From the sequence record MZ436830.1: a stretch of DNA of 64,000 bases. The stretch is one strand, 5' to 3'. Each line of letters opens with the position of its first letter. Position 1 is the stretch's first letter. This document shows, in pieces, positions 56,350-64,000 of this stretch. Position numbers and translations under genes: made by a program. The DNA is from Escherichia phage JK1. The notes beneath the pieces are model-generated. The model searched no databases. It was not told the DNA's origin and was given only the letters and a program-made list of their open reading frames with translations.

Positions 56350-58443
56350 TTATCCTTGAACGAACTTGTAAGGCATGTTTGTAATATCTATGCAAGACGC
56401 AATAATTCCAAGAGATGATTCTACTTTCTGTTTAACGTTTGATGAAACAAATGATGCAAAGTCAACTTTGTCTTCTATTTCAATATCACCTGTCATTGCA
56501 ACTACTTCGCCGGTTTCCATTAGATGGTCACCGTCATAAATTACCGATTCGGTGAGTTCTTCTGTGGTCATAACTTCAGCTTGAATAAGTTTTGTATTAT
56601 TAGATGTTGTTCCGTCATTATTAGAAGCATCAGTTATTTTATTAACTTTAACCATCAATCCGCGCGGTAGAATAACTTCAGCTTCTGTTGCTATTCCTAG
56701 ACTTCCTGGATATACAACATTAACTTTATGTGCGCCGTCAATTGCCCATCCTATTTGAACTTTAACGTATTCAGGATTTTCTTTATACGCTCTTATTTCG
56801 TTTGGATTAATAGTTATTCCTTCTTCATTTTTATCAACTGTTAATTCATTGCGAGCTTCTGGTTCTAAAAGACCAATACCAGCATGTGTAATTCCAAAAC
56901 GTCCAAAAATGATAGGAGTTAAAGAAGTAGATACAAAATTTCTGAAGTAGAACACTTTATTTTTAACTAACGCTTCATATATAGGAGCAGTCATACTTTG
57001 AGCACGATAAACTGTAATGCCTTCTGGTATACGGTCACCATTTTCAAAAGCTGAATCTAAGTTATTTATAGCAGATTCAATTTCTTTTTCACTCATTACA
57101 TCATATCGTTCTGGATTGTAACGACCTAAAAGAAGATTATTGATGTCAGTATATCCTGAACCGCAATATTCTCTAATGCCACGCTTTTGTGATGGAGTAT
57201 ATTTAGAACCATCGCGGGCAATAGTAATATCAATCATTGGACCAGCACCAATTCCAGAAAAACTGTAAATCATTCGTTTGAGGAATTTAGTTTTTGCTGC
57301 GTTCCAGGAATTTTTAGTTATTTCTTCCCAGACTTCATCTGGTTGTCCTTTACGATTTTTATTATGATTAGCAAGCCATTTATCTTTATAATCTTCAAAG
57401 AATTGATTTACAGCTGCTGCGTATTTCTCTAAACATTTTATTGAAGTAGTTGGTTCATTTTTAATTGCATTAAAAATTACTTCTTTAATTTTTTCTGAAA
57501 CTTCACCGACTTGACTCATTGGAAAGAATTTATAATCATAGTGAAGTTCATCTGCCGTTCCTTCAGCAATAATTTTTGCTGCCTTTGTTTTAGAAGCTAA
57601 TGAATTAATTCCAATTTTCATTTCTTCTGCTTCGGGAATTAAAGGTGCAGTAGCTGGTTTATTAAAATTAGCTGCTGTAGATTCATACTTCTGGAATAAT
57701 TCACTTTCAAATCTAGAAGATTCCAATGACTGACTTTGTGCAATTGCTCTACGGGAAATTTTAACTTTAACGATTACAGCTTGGTCAGAACGTTTATCGT
57801 TTTCTTGCGCAATAGATGCTGCAATTGCCTCATTTTTAGTTACTTGGGCTCCAGTATCTTTATTGATATAAACATCACCAACCTTCGATTCAACCTTAGT
57901 AAAGAGTTCAGTACTAATTTCTGGAACTCCTGGAATGTCTTCTAGTGATACGTTTTTACGATGTATAAGAATATATGCATACTTTTTATCGTAATCCCAG
58001 AGTTCCTTAAGAAGGACGTATCTGCCACCTGAACGACTACGGATAAGTCTATCAGCAATAACTTGAATTTGTCGAGCTTGACCAGCGGTTTTAGACTTAA
58101 GAATACGAAGCATACAAGCATCAATTTTATATTGACGCATTGTTTGCATTGCAACAGTAAAAACTGAATTGATATAATTAATTGGGCTTGGACCAAGACC
58201 TTTCAATTTAGCAATTGAACCTTTAGCAGTTAATGTAAAAGGAACAATATGCATCATTTTGTCGCCCATTTTTAAATCACGATTAGTATCACCTCCAGAT
58301 GTATAGGTACATAAACGAAAGCCTGGTTGTTCAATTGCATCATCAACATGAACTGAAAAAATTTGTGGTATTTTCTTCTTTGGATTTAAGTTTGTAATCG
58401 GAAGAGTAGTATCTTCGTCAAATAATTCTGTAATGAGTTCCAT
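56350..58443 (-). CDS. alt: Alt ADP-ribosyltransferase (packaged, injected); likely T4 alt orthologue
   Basis: ORF track 56350..58446; second ATG preferred for SD spacing; MELITELFDEDTTLPITNL...; YRAQSM, FVSTSL, EAEVILPRG motifs; 697 aa. Confidence 0.85.
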   Translation of the reverse strand: MELITELFDEDTTLPITNLNPKKKIPQIFSVHVDDAIEQPGFRLCTYTSGGDTNRDLKMGDKMMHIVPFTLTAKGSIAKLKGLGPSPINYINSVFTVAMQTMRQYKIDACMLRILKSKTAGQARQIQVIADRLIRSRSGGRYVLLKELWDYDKKYAYILIHRKNVSLEDIPGVPEISTELFTKVESKVGDVYINKDTGAQVTKNEAIAASIAQENDKRSDQAVIVKVKISRRAIAQSQSLESSRFESELFQKYESTAANFNKPATAPLIPEAEEMKIGINSLASKTKAAKIIAEGTADELHYDYKFFPMSQVGEVSEKIKEVIFNAIKNEPTTSIKCLEKYAAAVNQFFEDYKDKWLANHNKNRKGQPDEVWEEITKNSWNAAKTKFLKRMIYSFSGIGAGPMIDITIARDGSKYTPSQKRGIREYCGSGYTDINNLLLGRYNPERYDVMSEKEIESAINNLDSAFENGDRIPEGITVYRAQSMTAPIYEALVKNKVFYFRNFVSTSLTPIIFGRFGITHAGIGLLEPEARNELTVDKNEEGITINPNEIRAYKENPEYVKVQIGWAIDGAHKVNVVYPGSLGIATEAEVILPRGLMVKVNKITDASNNDGTTSNNTKLIQAEVMTTEELTESVIYDGDHLMETGEVVAMTGDIEIEDKVDFASFVSSNVKQKVESSLGIIASCIDITNMPYKFVQG

Positions 58444-58476
58444 CATATCCTCTCTAGTGTTTATTCTATTTATAAA

Positions 58477-58492
58477 ATTAAAGGCCCGAAGG
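58477..58492 (-). terminator. hairpin AGGCC-CGAA-GGCCT after the 58496..58684 gene
   Basis: On minus strand the stem-loop is followed by TTTAATTTTAT. Confidence 0.5.
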
Positions 58493-58495
58493 CCT

Positions 58496-58684
58496 TTAAT
58501 AATCTATTGGTAAGAGAGTACGATATATTTCAAACTTTGGACCTTTTTCATAGGCATCAAATGTTTCTGTGAATTTATTATAAGCATATGCATCTATAAA
58601 TTCAATCATGATTTGTGATACAGAAGTAGAAACATCTCCACCTTCTTTTTGAGCCACGACAATTGTTTCTAAGTAAGCTTTCAT
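58496..58684 (-). CDS. hypothetical small protein
   Basis: ORF track 62 aa; 4-nt overlap with the ligase gene upstream. Confidence 0.55.
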   Translation of the reverse strand: MKAYLETIVVAQKEGGDVSTSVSQIMIEFIDAYAYNKFTETFDAYEKGPKFEIYRTLLPIDY

Positions 58685-60144
58685 AGACCAGTTACCTCAT
58701 GAAAATCACCAAATACATCTTCGAATGTATTAGCTTTAGTTTTATCTTCACGCAAACGAATCGCAATTGGAAGAAATAATTTAACGTAATCAGTGCGGCC
58801 ATCGGATTTTAACCAACCGTTGCATTCGCACTCTAGAATTTTTCCAATATAATAATTTTGGTTTTCCATAATGCGAGTACGGTCAAGTTCATGTGATTTT
58901 ACGCCGGCTTTATCTTTTAAGCCTGAACCGGCATTTACCTTAATTTTTCCACACTCTGACTCAAGAATAAATCCACCTGCTTTAGTAGGGTCTTTACGGT
59001 GAGGATAAATTCCTACAATTTTTAAATCAACATCAATTACTTCTTTAAATTTATAGAGATTTTTTGAACGAGCATTTTCCCATAATCCATCGATATTTTT
59101 GAGAATAATACCTTCAAGACCTTGATCAATATACTTTTTGTAAATTACCTTAGCTTCATCTAGGTTATTTACTACTTGGTTTTCAATTAAAATTACTTTA
59201 TCATAGCCTGATGTCATTTGTTCTAGTTTAGAAAAACGTACATCATACTTTAAACGAAATGCAGGAAGACCATATATTTCTACTAATGGAACATAATCCC
59301 AGACCTGAAACTTCATGCATTGTGCTTCTTTTTCGGAAATGGTTCCCTTTAAAGATTTATTAGCGATTCCATTAGAAGTAGTACGTGATTCAGCTACTTC
59401 GGCGAATTCTTTAGCTTTACTAATTTCAGGATAAGCATCAAAAAGAAAATCTAGGCCTTCTGGCTCCTTTTTAACTTGCTCATGGTATACCAATTCGCCA
59501 TCAATTAACACACCTTCTGGATGAATCTGGCGGGCTTCAGCGGTCATTTTGATTAACTCTTCCTTAAGAAGATCTAATCCTAGATATTCATTACCAGCTC
59601 GTGATAAAAGACGGACATCATCTAATTCATCACCTCTAACTTCAGCAAAACACCGAGCTCCATCTGCTTTTAATTGTGCAAAGGCTGGAAATTTGATATT
59701 CTTACTAATGCCTTTTTCATCATAAGAACTTGCGAGCATTTGAGGTTGTTCAGGAATTAAACCTGGCCAAACTTTGTTTGCAATAGATACTGAAGCACCA
59801 CATTCAAGGTCTCGCATCATCACTCGACGCAAAACTTCAACATCATCTTTTTTACCATCGGTGATATATCCAGTTAATTCCTCAATTGCCGCATTTCCAG
59901 TCAATTTCCGAGTAGCTAACGTGAATTCAATGAAGTCAAGCATATCGGTAAGAGTCAACATTCCAAAACTCTGGGTAGCAATACCAGGTTTAGGCCATTT
60001 CTTGATATAATACTGTAACCCACGAGAATAAGTCAGACGATATACTCGTTTAAGCAATTCATTATCTTTATTCTTTTCAAGAATTGCTTGCTTCTGCTTA
60101 GTTGAACCAATAGATGCTATTTCGTTCAGAATTTTAAGAATCAT
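58681..60144 (-). CDS. 30: gp30 ATP-dependent DNA ligase
   Basis: 487 aa MILKILNEIASIGSTKQKQAILEKN...; adenylation motif KADGAR; T4 DNA ligase. Confidence 0.97.
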   Translation of the reverse strand: MILKILNEIASIGSTKQKQAILEKNKDNELLKRVYRLTYSRGLQYYIKKWPKPGIATQSFGMLTLTDMLDFIEFTLATRKLTGNAAIEELTGYITDGKKDDVEVLRRVMMRDLECGASVSIANKVWPGLIPEQPQMLASSYDEKGISKNIKFPAFAQLKADGARCFAEVRGDELDDVRLLSRAGNEYLGLDLLKEELIKMTAEARQIHPEGVLIDGELVYHEQVKKEPEGLDFLFDAYPEISKAKEFAEVAESRTTSNGIANKSLKGTISEKEAQCMKFQVWDYVPLVEIYGLPAFRLKYDVRFSKLEQMTSGYDKVILIENQVVNNLDEAKVIYKKYIDQGLEGIILKNIDGLWENARSKNLYKFKEVIDVDLKIVGIYPHRKDPTKAGGFILESECGKIKVNAGSGLKDKAGVKSHELDRTRIMENQNYYIGKILECECNGWLKSDGRTDYVKLFLPIAIRLREDKTKANTFEDVFGDFHEVTGL

Positions 60145-60410
60145 TGTTCATCCTTTAGAGTTTGGTTTACAGCTCTATTATAAATCAATTCATCATTAAG
60201 CTCAGTCAAAGACCTGTGGTACGTTGTTCTAACTTTATTTCCTTGCATCCAGTGCTTGACGTAAATGAAACCTTGCTCTACACATTTTTTAAAAATTCGT
60301 TCGTCTTTTTGAGCTCGGAATTCTGGATTGCATCTAAAAAATTGATTTACGTGACCGTAATCACGTGTAGTATTACCTTCATTTTCATAAATAGTGTGAA
60401 CGACAAACAT
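60141..60410 (-). CDS. hypothetical protein (30.1-like by position)
   Basis: ORF track 89 aa. Confidence 0.6.
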   Translation of the reverse strand: MFVVHTIYENEGNTTRDYGHVNQFFRCNPEFRAQKDERIFKKCVEQGFIYVKHWMQGNKVRTTYHRSLTELNDELIYNRAVNQTLKDEQ

Positions 60411-61249
60411 TAGAATGCTCCTTGGAAAATATTATCACCACTAGTAGGTCTATTATACAAATACTCTATGCCACCAGGTTTAATATAGTTCCATGTCTGA
60501 AACGGATGTGTCTGATATGGATGATATAGATGATTATAAGGATTAAATCCAGGAGTTCTCCAGGTAGTGTTCCAAGGAAAAGAATCGTTTTTGATCATCT
60601 TCTCAATTACATCTTTTATAAATTTTTCACTATCAAAACTTTCTTTATTTTCCTTCGATGGAAAAAGCTTATTCTCTACATCATTCCATGTATAAACTCG
60701 CTGTGCAGTTTTTGGAATACTGTCACGCTCTCCTCGAGCCATCCAATAAACTGGAACATTTAATATTTCACTCGCATGATCGCAGTGGTGAGCGAGATCG
60801 TCAATATAACAAATTACGTTATATTTCTCTTTTGCCTTTTTGAACAACTCTTCTTTTGAAGAATCATGGCCACACATCAATACTTCTGAGAAGGCACCAG
60901 GAAAAAGAGCATTCAAATTAAATTGACGATTCAGCAGAGCGTCAATAGAATCACCCAATGCTGTAACAGCTACAAAATTATAATCTTCTTTTAATTTGTT
61001 AATTACACACAGAGCATCTTTATATGGAGACAAGTAACGAATAAAATCTGAACGATTATATTTTTCAATTAACTTGACACCAAGTTCTTCATCGCAATTA
61101 AAGAGCTTACCAGGAGAAATAAATTTTTCGTCCTGAATCATTTTTAAAATATGTTCTAATGGAAGATTATATTTTTGGGCAAAATAAGGAAGACCTGATT
61201 GCCAGCTTAAACATACACCATCAATATCAGTCAAAATAGTAGGCTTCAT
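60410..61249 (-). CDS. HAD-superfamily hydrolase-like protein (30.2-like by position)
   Basis: 279 aa; N-terminal ILTDIDGV resembles HAD motif I (DxDG), later ICYIDD acidic motif. Confidence 0.6.
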   Translation of the reverse strand: MKPTILTDIDGVCLSWQSGLPYFAQKYNLPLEHILKMIQDEKFISPGKLFNCDEELGVKLIEKYNRSDFIRYLSPYKDALCVINKLKEDYNFVAVTALGDSIDALLNRQFNLNALFPGAFSEVLMCGHDSSKEELFKKAKEKYNVICYIDDLAHHCDHASEILNVPVYWMARGERDSIPKTAQRVYTWNDVENKLFPSKENKESFDSEKFIKDVIEKMIKNDSFPWNTTWRTPGFNPYNHLYHPYQTHPFQTWNYIKPGGIEYLYNRPTSGDNIFQGAF

Positions 61250-61710
61250 AGAGAGTCTCTTAGTAGGTTTAACACATCAATAAATTCAGCTTCGGTTAGT
61301 ATTGTATCATCTTTTGTTAGACCACTAGCCATGCTGTGCTTCAAAACTTTTCCTTTCGAGGCTTGTAATGCATCACGAAAGCCCTTGTTTTGGATCGCTG
61401 CTTCAAAATATGCATTTGTGTATAATTCTTTCCACGCCGGGGAGTATCTTGAAAACGGAACTCCGAGCCAGAAGAGGGTCCCACGGTCCTGAGCTCTTGC
61501 ATAAGACCTTCCAGCTTGCTGTGCGGCAAGCCCGGATAACCCAAATATACGACGTTGTTGTTCAACATTTTTCACCTTGCACCCTTGGAGGAATCCTTCA
61601 AGACCTCCAAATTGAATACCATCCATAACGAAAGGCCATTTGGCGAAATTACTTAATGCACATGATGGCCACCTAAAATTGCTTCTAATCTCTAACTCAG
61701 ACATTTTCAA
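61246..61710 (-). CDS. NADAR/YbiA-like (DUF1768) domain protein (30.3-like by position)
   Basis: 154 aa; LSNFAKWPFVMDGIQFGGLEGFLQGCKV parallels the YbiA core SNFA-WP-DG...E..Q..K as recalled. Confidence 0.55.
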   Translation of the reverse strand: MKMSELEIRSNFRWPSCALSNFAKWPFVMDGIQFGGLEGFLQGCKVKNVEQQRRIFGLSGLAAQQAGRSYARAQDRGTLFWLGVPFSRYSPAWKELYTNAYFEAAIQNKGFRDALQASKGKVLKHSMASGLTKDDTILTEAEFIDVLNLLRDSL

Positions 61711-61903
61711 TGCTTATAATTTCAACATCAGCCCAATGACCATAGCAAGGAAGACGAAATTCAACTGGCCAGTTAGGGTCCTTTTCTAATATAATAGACT
61801 TAACTTGTGGTTCTTCATGTTCATCAGTATATGGATTTTTATCTGTTACTTTATATGTGACCTTAATGTACTGAATTCCAAAAATCTTATTAATTATATT
61901 CAT
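61697..61903 (-). CDS. hypothetical small protein
   Basis: ORF track 68 aa, in 30.x string. Confidence 0.5.
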   Translation of the reverse strand: MNIINKIFGIQYIKVTYKVTDKNPYTDEHEEPQVKSIILEKDPNWPVEFRLPCYGHWADVEIISIENV

Positions 61904-62097
61904 ACTAGTTCCTTTAATCCGTAAATAGGAGATAATTCATCACCCATACGAAGGTCTTCATTTCCATCTACCCAGGAAACAATATAAGCCTCTTTTATTT
62001 GAACACCACTCCATTTAAATGGAGGTAGAACCTTAGAAATTAATCCAGGTATACCAACTCCCTTTAATTCAACAGTTTGACCTAAAAAGAATTTCAT
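61900..62097 (-). CDS. hypothetical small protein
   Basis: ORF track 65 aa; 4-nt overlaps with neighbours. Confidence 0.5.
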   Translation of the reverse strand: MKFFLGQTVELKGVGIPGLISKVLPPFKWSGVQIKEAYIVSWVDGNEDLRMGDELSPIYGLKELV

Positions 62098-62384
62098 TAG
62101 AACCTCATCTGAAAACCGTGCGATTTAACATTACCGCCGCCAATATCAGAAATGTTAATTTCACGCGCAATTGAAGGGTCAATGTCAATTTCGCGATTGA
62201 GTTTAGTGATAGCTAAAGTATCACGCCCATTTACAGTACGGAATTCTAAAGGACAAACCACATCAACGTAATTTTTAATCGATTCACTGGTAGGTTGCAA
62301 ATGAGCAGGAAGGTCTTTGGGCGCCTTTGAGAAAACCACTTCACAGAAATTTTTACGGGTATCAAAATAAGTAGTCATAAACAT
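62097..62384 (-). CDS. hypothetical protein
   Basis: ORF track 95 aa; GAGGAAAA SD upstream. Confidence 0.55.
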   Translation of the reverse strand: MFMTTYFDTRKNFCEVVFSKAPKDLPAHLQPTSESIKNYVDVVCPLEFRTVNGRDTLAITKLNREIDIDPSIAREINISDIGGGNVKSHGFQMRF

Positions 62385-62401
62385 GGTATTTTCCTCAGTA
62401 A

Positions 62402-62415
62402 GGGGCCGAAGCCCC
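62402..62415 (-). terminator. GGGGC-CGAA-GCCCC hairpin between two 30.x genes
   Basis: Third copy of AGGGGCCGAAGCCCCT; lies between the stop at 62426 and the start at 62384. Confidence 0.4.
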
Positions 62416-62425
62416 TCATTTTATT

Positions 62426-62803
62426 TTAAATATCAAATTCATTAAGAACTACATCAAAGATTGCTTCGAGATGTTCAGGTTTAGCTCTGTTACTCAGAAT
62501 ATGACGAATCCAAGTTTTAACCAAAAGCTTGCGATTAGCACCATTCCAACAAGGATGAGTCCCTAAATCGCGTTGACGGAAATCATCATCCAGAGCGATT
62601 TTAAAGTTGGAACCTTCCATTGTGATTGAAACCGTGATGCCATTTTCAAATCGCATATAAACGTAATTAGGAGTCATATACTGTTCAATTTCGCATACTG
62701 ATCCATTTTGATGTTTCCAAAGGCAGATAGTATCAATAGAACCTGCAATACCATTAGAAACATATTTACGTTCAAAGTTGATGTAGTTCATTTTATTCTC
62801 CAA
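62426..62803 (-). CDS. hypothetical protein
   Basis: ORF track 125 aa. Confidence 0.55.
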   Translation of the reverse strand: MENKMNYINFERKYVSNGIAGSIDTICLWKHQNGSVCEIEQYMTPNYVYMRFENGITVSITMEGSNFKIALDDDFRQRDLGTHPCWNGANRKLLVKTWIRHILSNRAKPEHLEAIFDVVLNEFDI

Positions 62804-62860
62804 GATGTTTAATTGCGGTACAGGTATATAATATCATATCCTGTACCAAAGTAAACTATT

Positions 62861-63229
62861 TTATGCAACTTTAATCCAATTATCTAAATTTAATTCACCT
62901 TTGGCTTTCATTTTTTCAATCAAGAGGTCAGCGGTAATACGACCATTTTGATACCACGTAACATCTTCAGAGTAACCAGTTTCTTTATCTTCATAAGTCT
63001 CACAACGAATTTTACCAATAATCAAAGTTTTCAATTCGTATGTATCTCCAGTAAAAAAGTTAGTTAACATTATTTTCCAAGAGAAATCATCAGAAGGACC
63101 TTCAGGAGTCATGCAACCTACAAATTCAAATTGTTCTTTGTATAAGTGCCACTGAAGTTCTTTAGTTTCGATAGCTTTATAGCCGTCGTGATCTTTACCT
63201 TTGATGTATGAGTTAAGATTGATTTTCAT
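62861..63229 (-). CDS. hypothetical protein
   Basis: ORF track 122 aa. Confidence 0.55.
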   Translation of the reverse strand: MKINLNSYIKGKDHDGYKAIETKELQWHLYKEQFEFVGCMTPEGPSDDFSWKIMLTNFFTGDTYELKTLIIGKIRCETYEDKETGYSEDVTWYQNGRITADLLIEKMKAKGELNLDNWIKVA

Positions 63230-63315
63230 TTTATTCTCCTTTGTTTGTGTAAGATAATACTATCACAAAGGAACTATACTGTAAACAACTTTATGCAATC
63301 TTTGGAAAATAAAAA

Positions 63316-63335
63316 AGGACTCCCGAAGGAGTCCT
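63316..63335 (-). terminator. rho-independent terminator after the 63340..63516 gene
   Basis: GGACTCC-CGAA-GGAGTCC hairpin; on minus followed by TTTTTTATTTT. Confidence 0.7.
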
Positions 63336-63339
63336 CAAC

Positions 63340-63516
63340 TTATGCTTTCTGCTTACCAAAACGAGAAGCATCATCTCGAAGAACCGCACGTGCTCGACGC
63401 ATGATCTTCTCAACAGTTTGATTAATACGAGAGTTCGACCCACGCTTGTAGCCAGCGCGTTTAGAATCACCAACTTTCTTTTCAACTGCTTTCTTTGCTT
63501 TAGCTTGTTTTGCCAT
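63340..63516 (-). CDS. small highly basic protein
   Basis: ORF track 63340..63558; start set at MAKQAKAKKAVEKK (58 aa) because the longer form has no SD; Lys/Arg-rich. Confidence 0.5.
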   Translation of the reverse strand: MAKQAKAKKAVEKKVGDSKRAGYKRGSNSRINQTVEKIMRRARAVLRDDASRFGKQKA

Positions 63517-63635
63517 TATAAATTCTCTTTTAAATGAAAATGCAGGACTTATTGGCATTGCCTGCGCAAGCCCTCAAGGGGTACTTAGGTTTTGAATATT
63601 TACCGACAGGATAACCATAAACCTCGTCAACATAA

Positions 63636-63884
63636 TTACTTCAGTGTTACCACAAAGTGACGAACTGCTTTTCGTGCAGCAGAAGCCAAAGGCTTAGCAT
63701 ATTTAAGCTCATCTTTTTCCTGGAGCTCAGCGGCTAATGCAGTTTGAGCAGGATTCAGATGTTTGAAATAACGCAGGATTTCAAGAGCTTCGGCTTCAAC
63801 ATCAATAGATGCGCCATAGTTTTCGTGACCATTATTCCATGCGTTTCGTTGCAGTTCAAGAGCGTGTTGTAATTGTTTAATCAT
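63636..63884 (-). CDS. rIII: rIII lysis inhibition accessory protein
   Basis: 82 aa MIKQLQHALELQRNAWNNGHENYGASIDVEAEALEILRYF...; T4 rIII length and position upstream of the 30.x genes. Confidence 0.85.
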   Translation of the reverse strand: MIKQLQHALELQRNAWNNGHENYGASIDVEAEALEILRYFKHLNPAQTALAAELQEKDELKYAKPLASAARKAVRHFVVTLK

Positions 63885-64000
63885 TTAAAAATTCTCGTTA
63901 GAGATTAAAACTCGGTAGTCACGTTCTTCTGAATTTCATCTTCTTTCGACAGATCTCTCAGTTGTAGACTACCACATAGAATTGTTCGGTTAACTTATTA

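Noticed and set aside
63517-63558. N-terminal extension (MPISPAFSFKREFI) of the small basic protein as given in the ORF track
   Set aside because: No SD precedes the upstream ATG, whereas the internal ATG at 63516 has an AAGAGAA-type purine stretch; the shorter form was preferred, with low certainty.

Overview
This window reads as a contiguous ~64 kb segment of a T4-like (Tequatrovirus-type) myophage genome, essentially colinear with the T4 late/structural region. All assignments rest on reading the six-frame translations and the DNA by eye against recalled T4 protein sequences, lengths and gene order; no database search was run. CDS coordinates include the stop codon, as in the supplied ORF track. 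Content in order: a minus-strand accessory block of small hypothetical genes (1-3655); a 10-tRNA array plus tRNA-like RNA (3773-4863); more small accessory genes including an internal protein with the canonical capsid-targeting sequence (4950-6646); genes 57B-57A-1-3-2-4 (minus); baseplate genes 53-5-5.1-5.4-6-7-8-9-10-11-12, wac, neck 13-14-15, terminase 16-17, tail sheath 18, tube 19, portal 20, prohead 67-68-21-22-23-24 (plus); rnlB, 24.2, 24.3, hoc, inh (minus); uvsW; uvsY cluster, 25, 26 (minus); 51-27-28-29-48-54 (plus); then two tandem Alt ADP-ribosyltransferase genes, DNA ligase 30, a 30.x string and rIII (minus). Differences from T4 as I recall it are the most interesting part: two extra tRNAs (Tyr, Asn) and no segB/segD/segE homing endonuclease genes at their T4 positions; a second capsid-targeted protein with a divergent targeting sequence, a late promoter and duplicated flanking terminators; a Hoc gene lengthened by an in-frame 288-bp tandem duplication; tandem full-length Alt paralogs with a NADAR-like gene nearby; and early promoters whose -10 box sits inside inverted repeats. 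No CRISPR array, integrase or transposase was seen.
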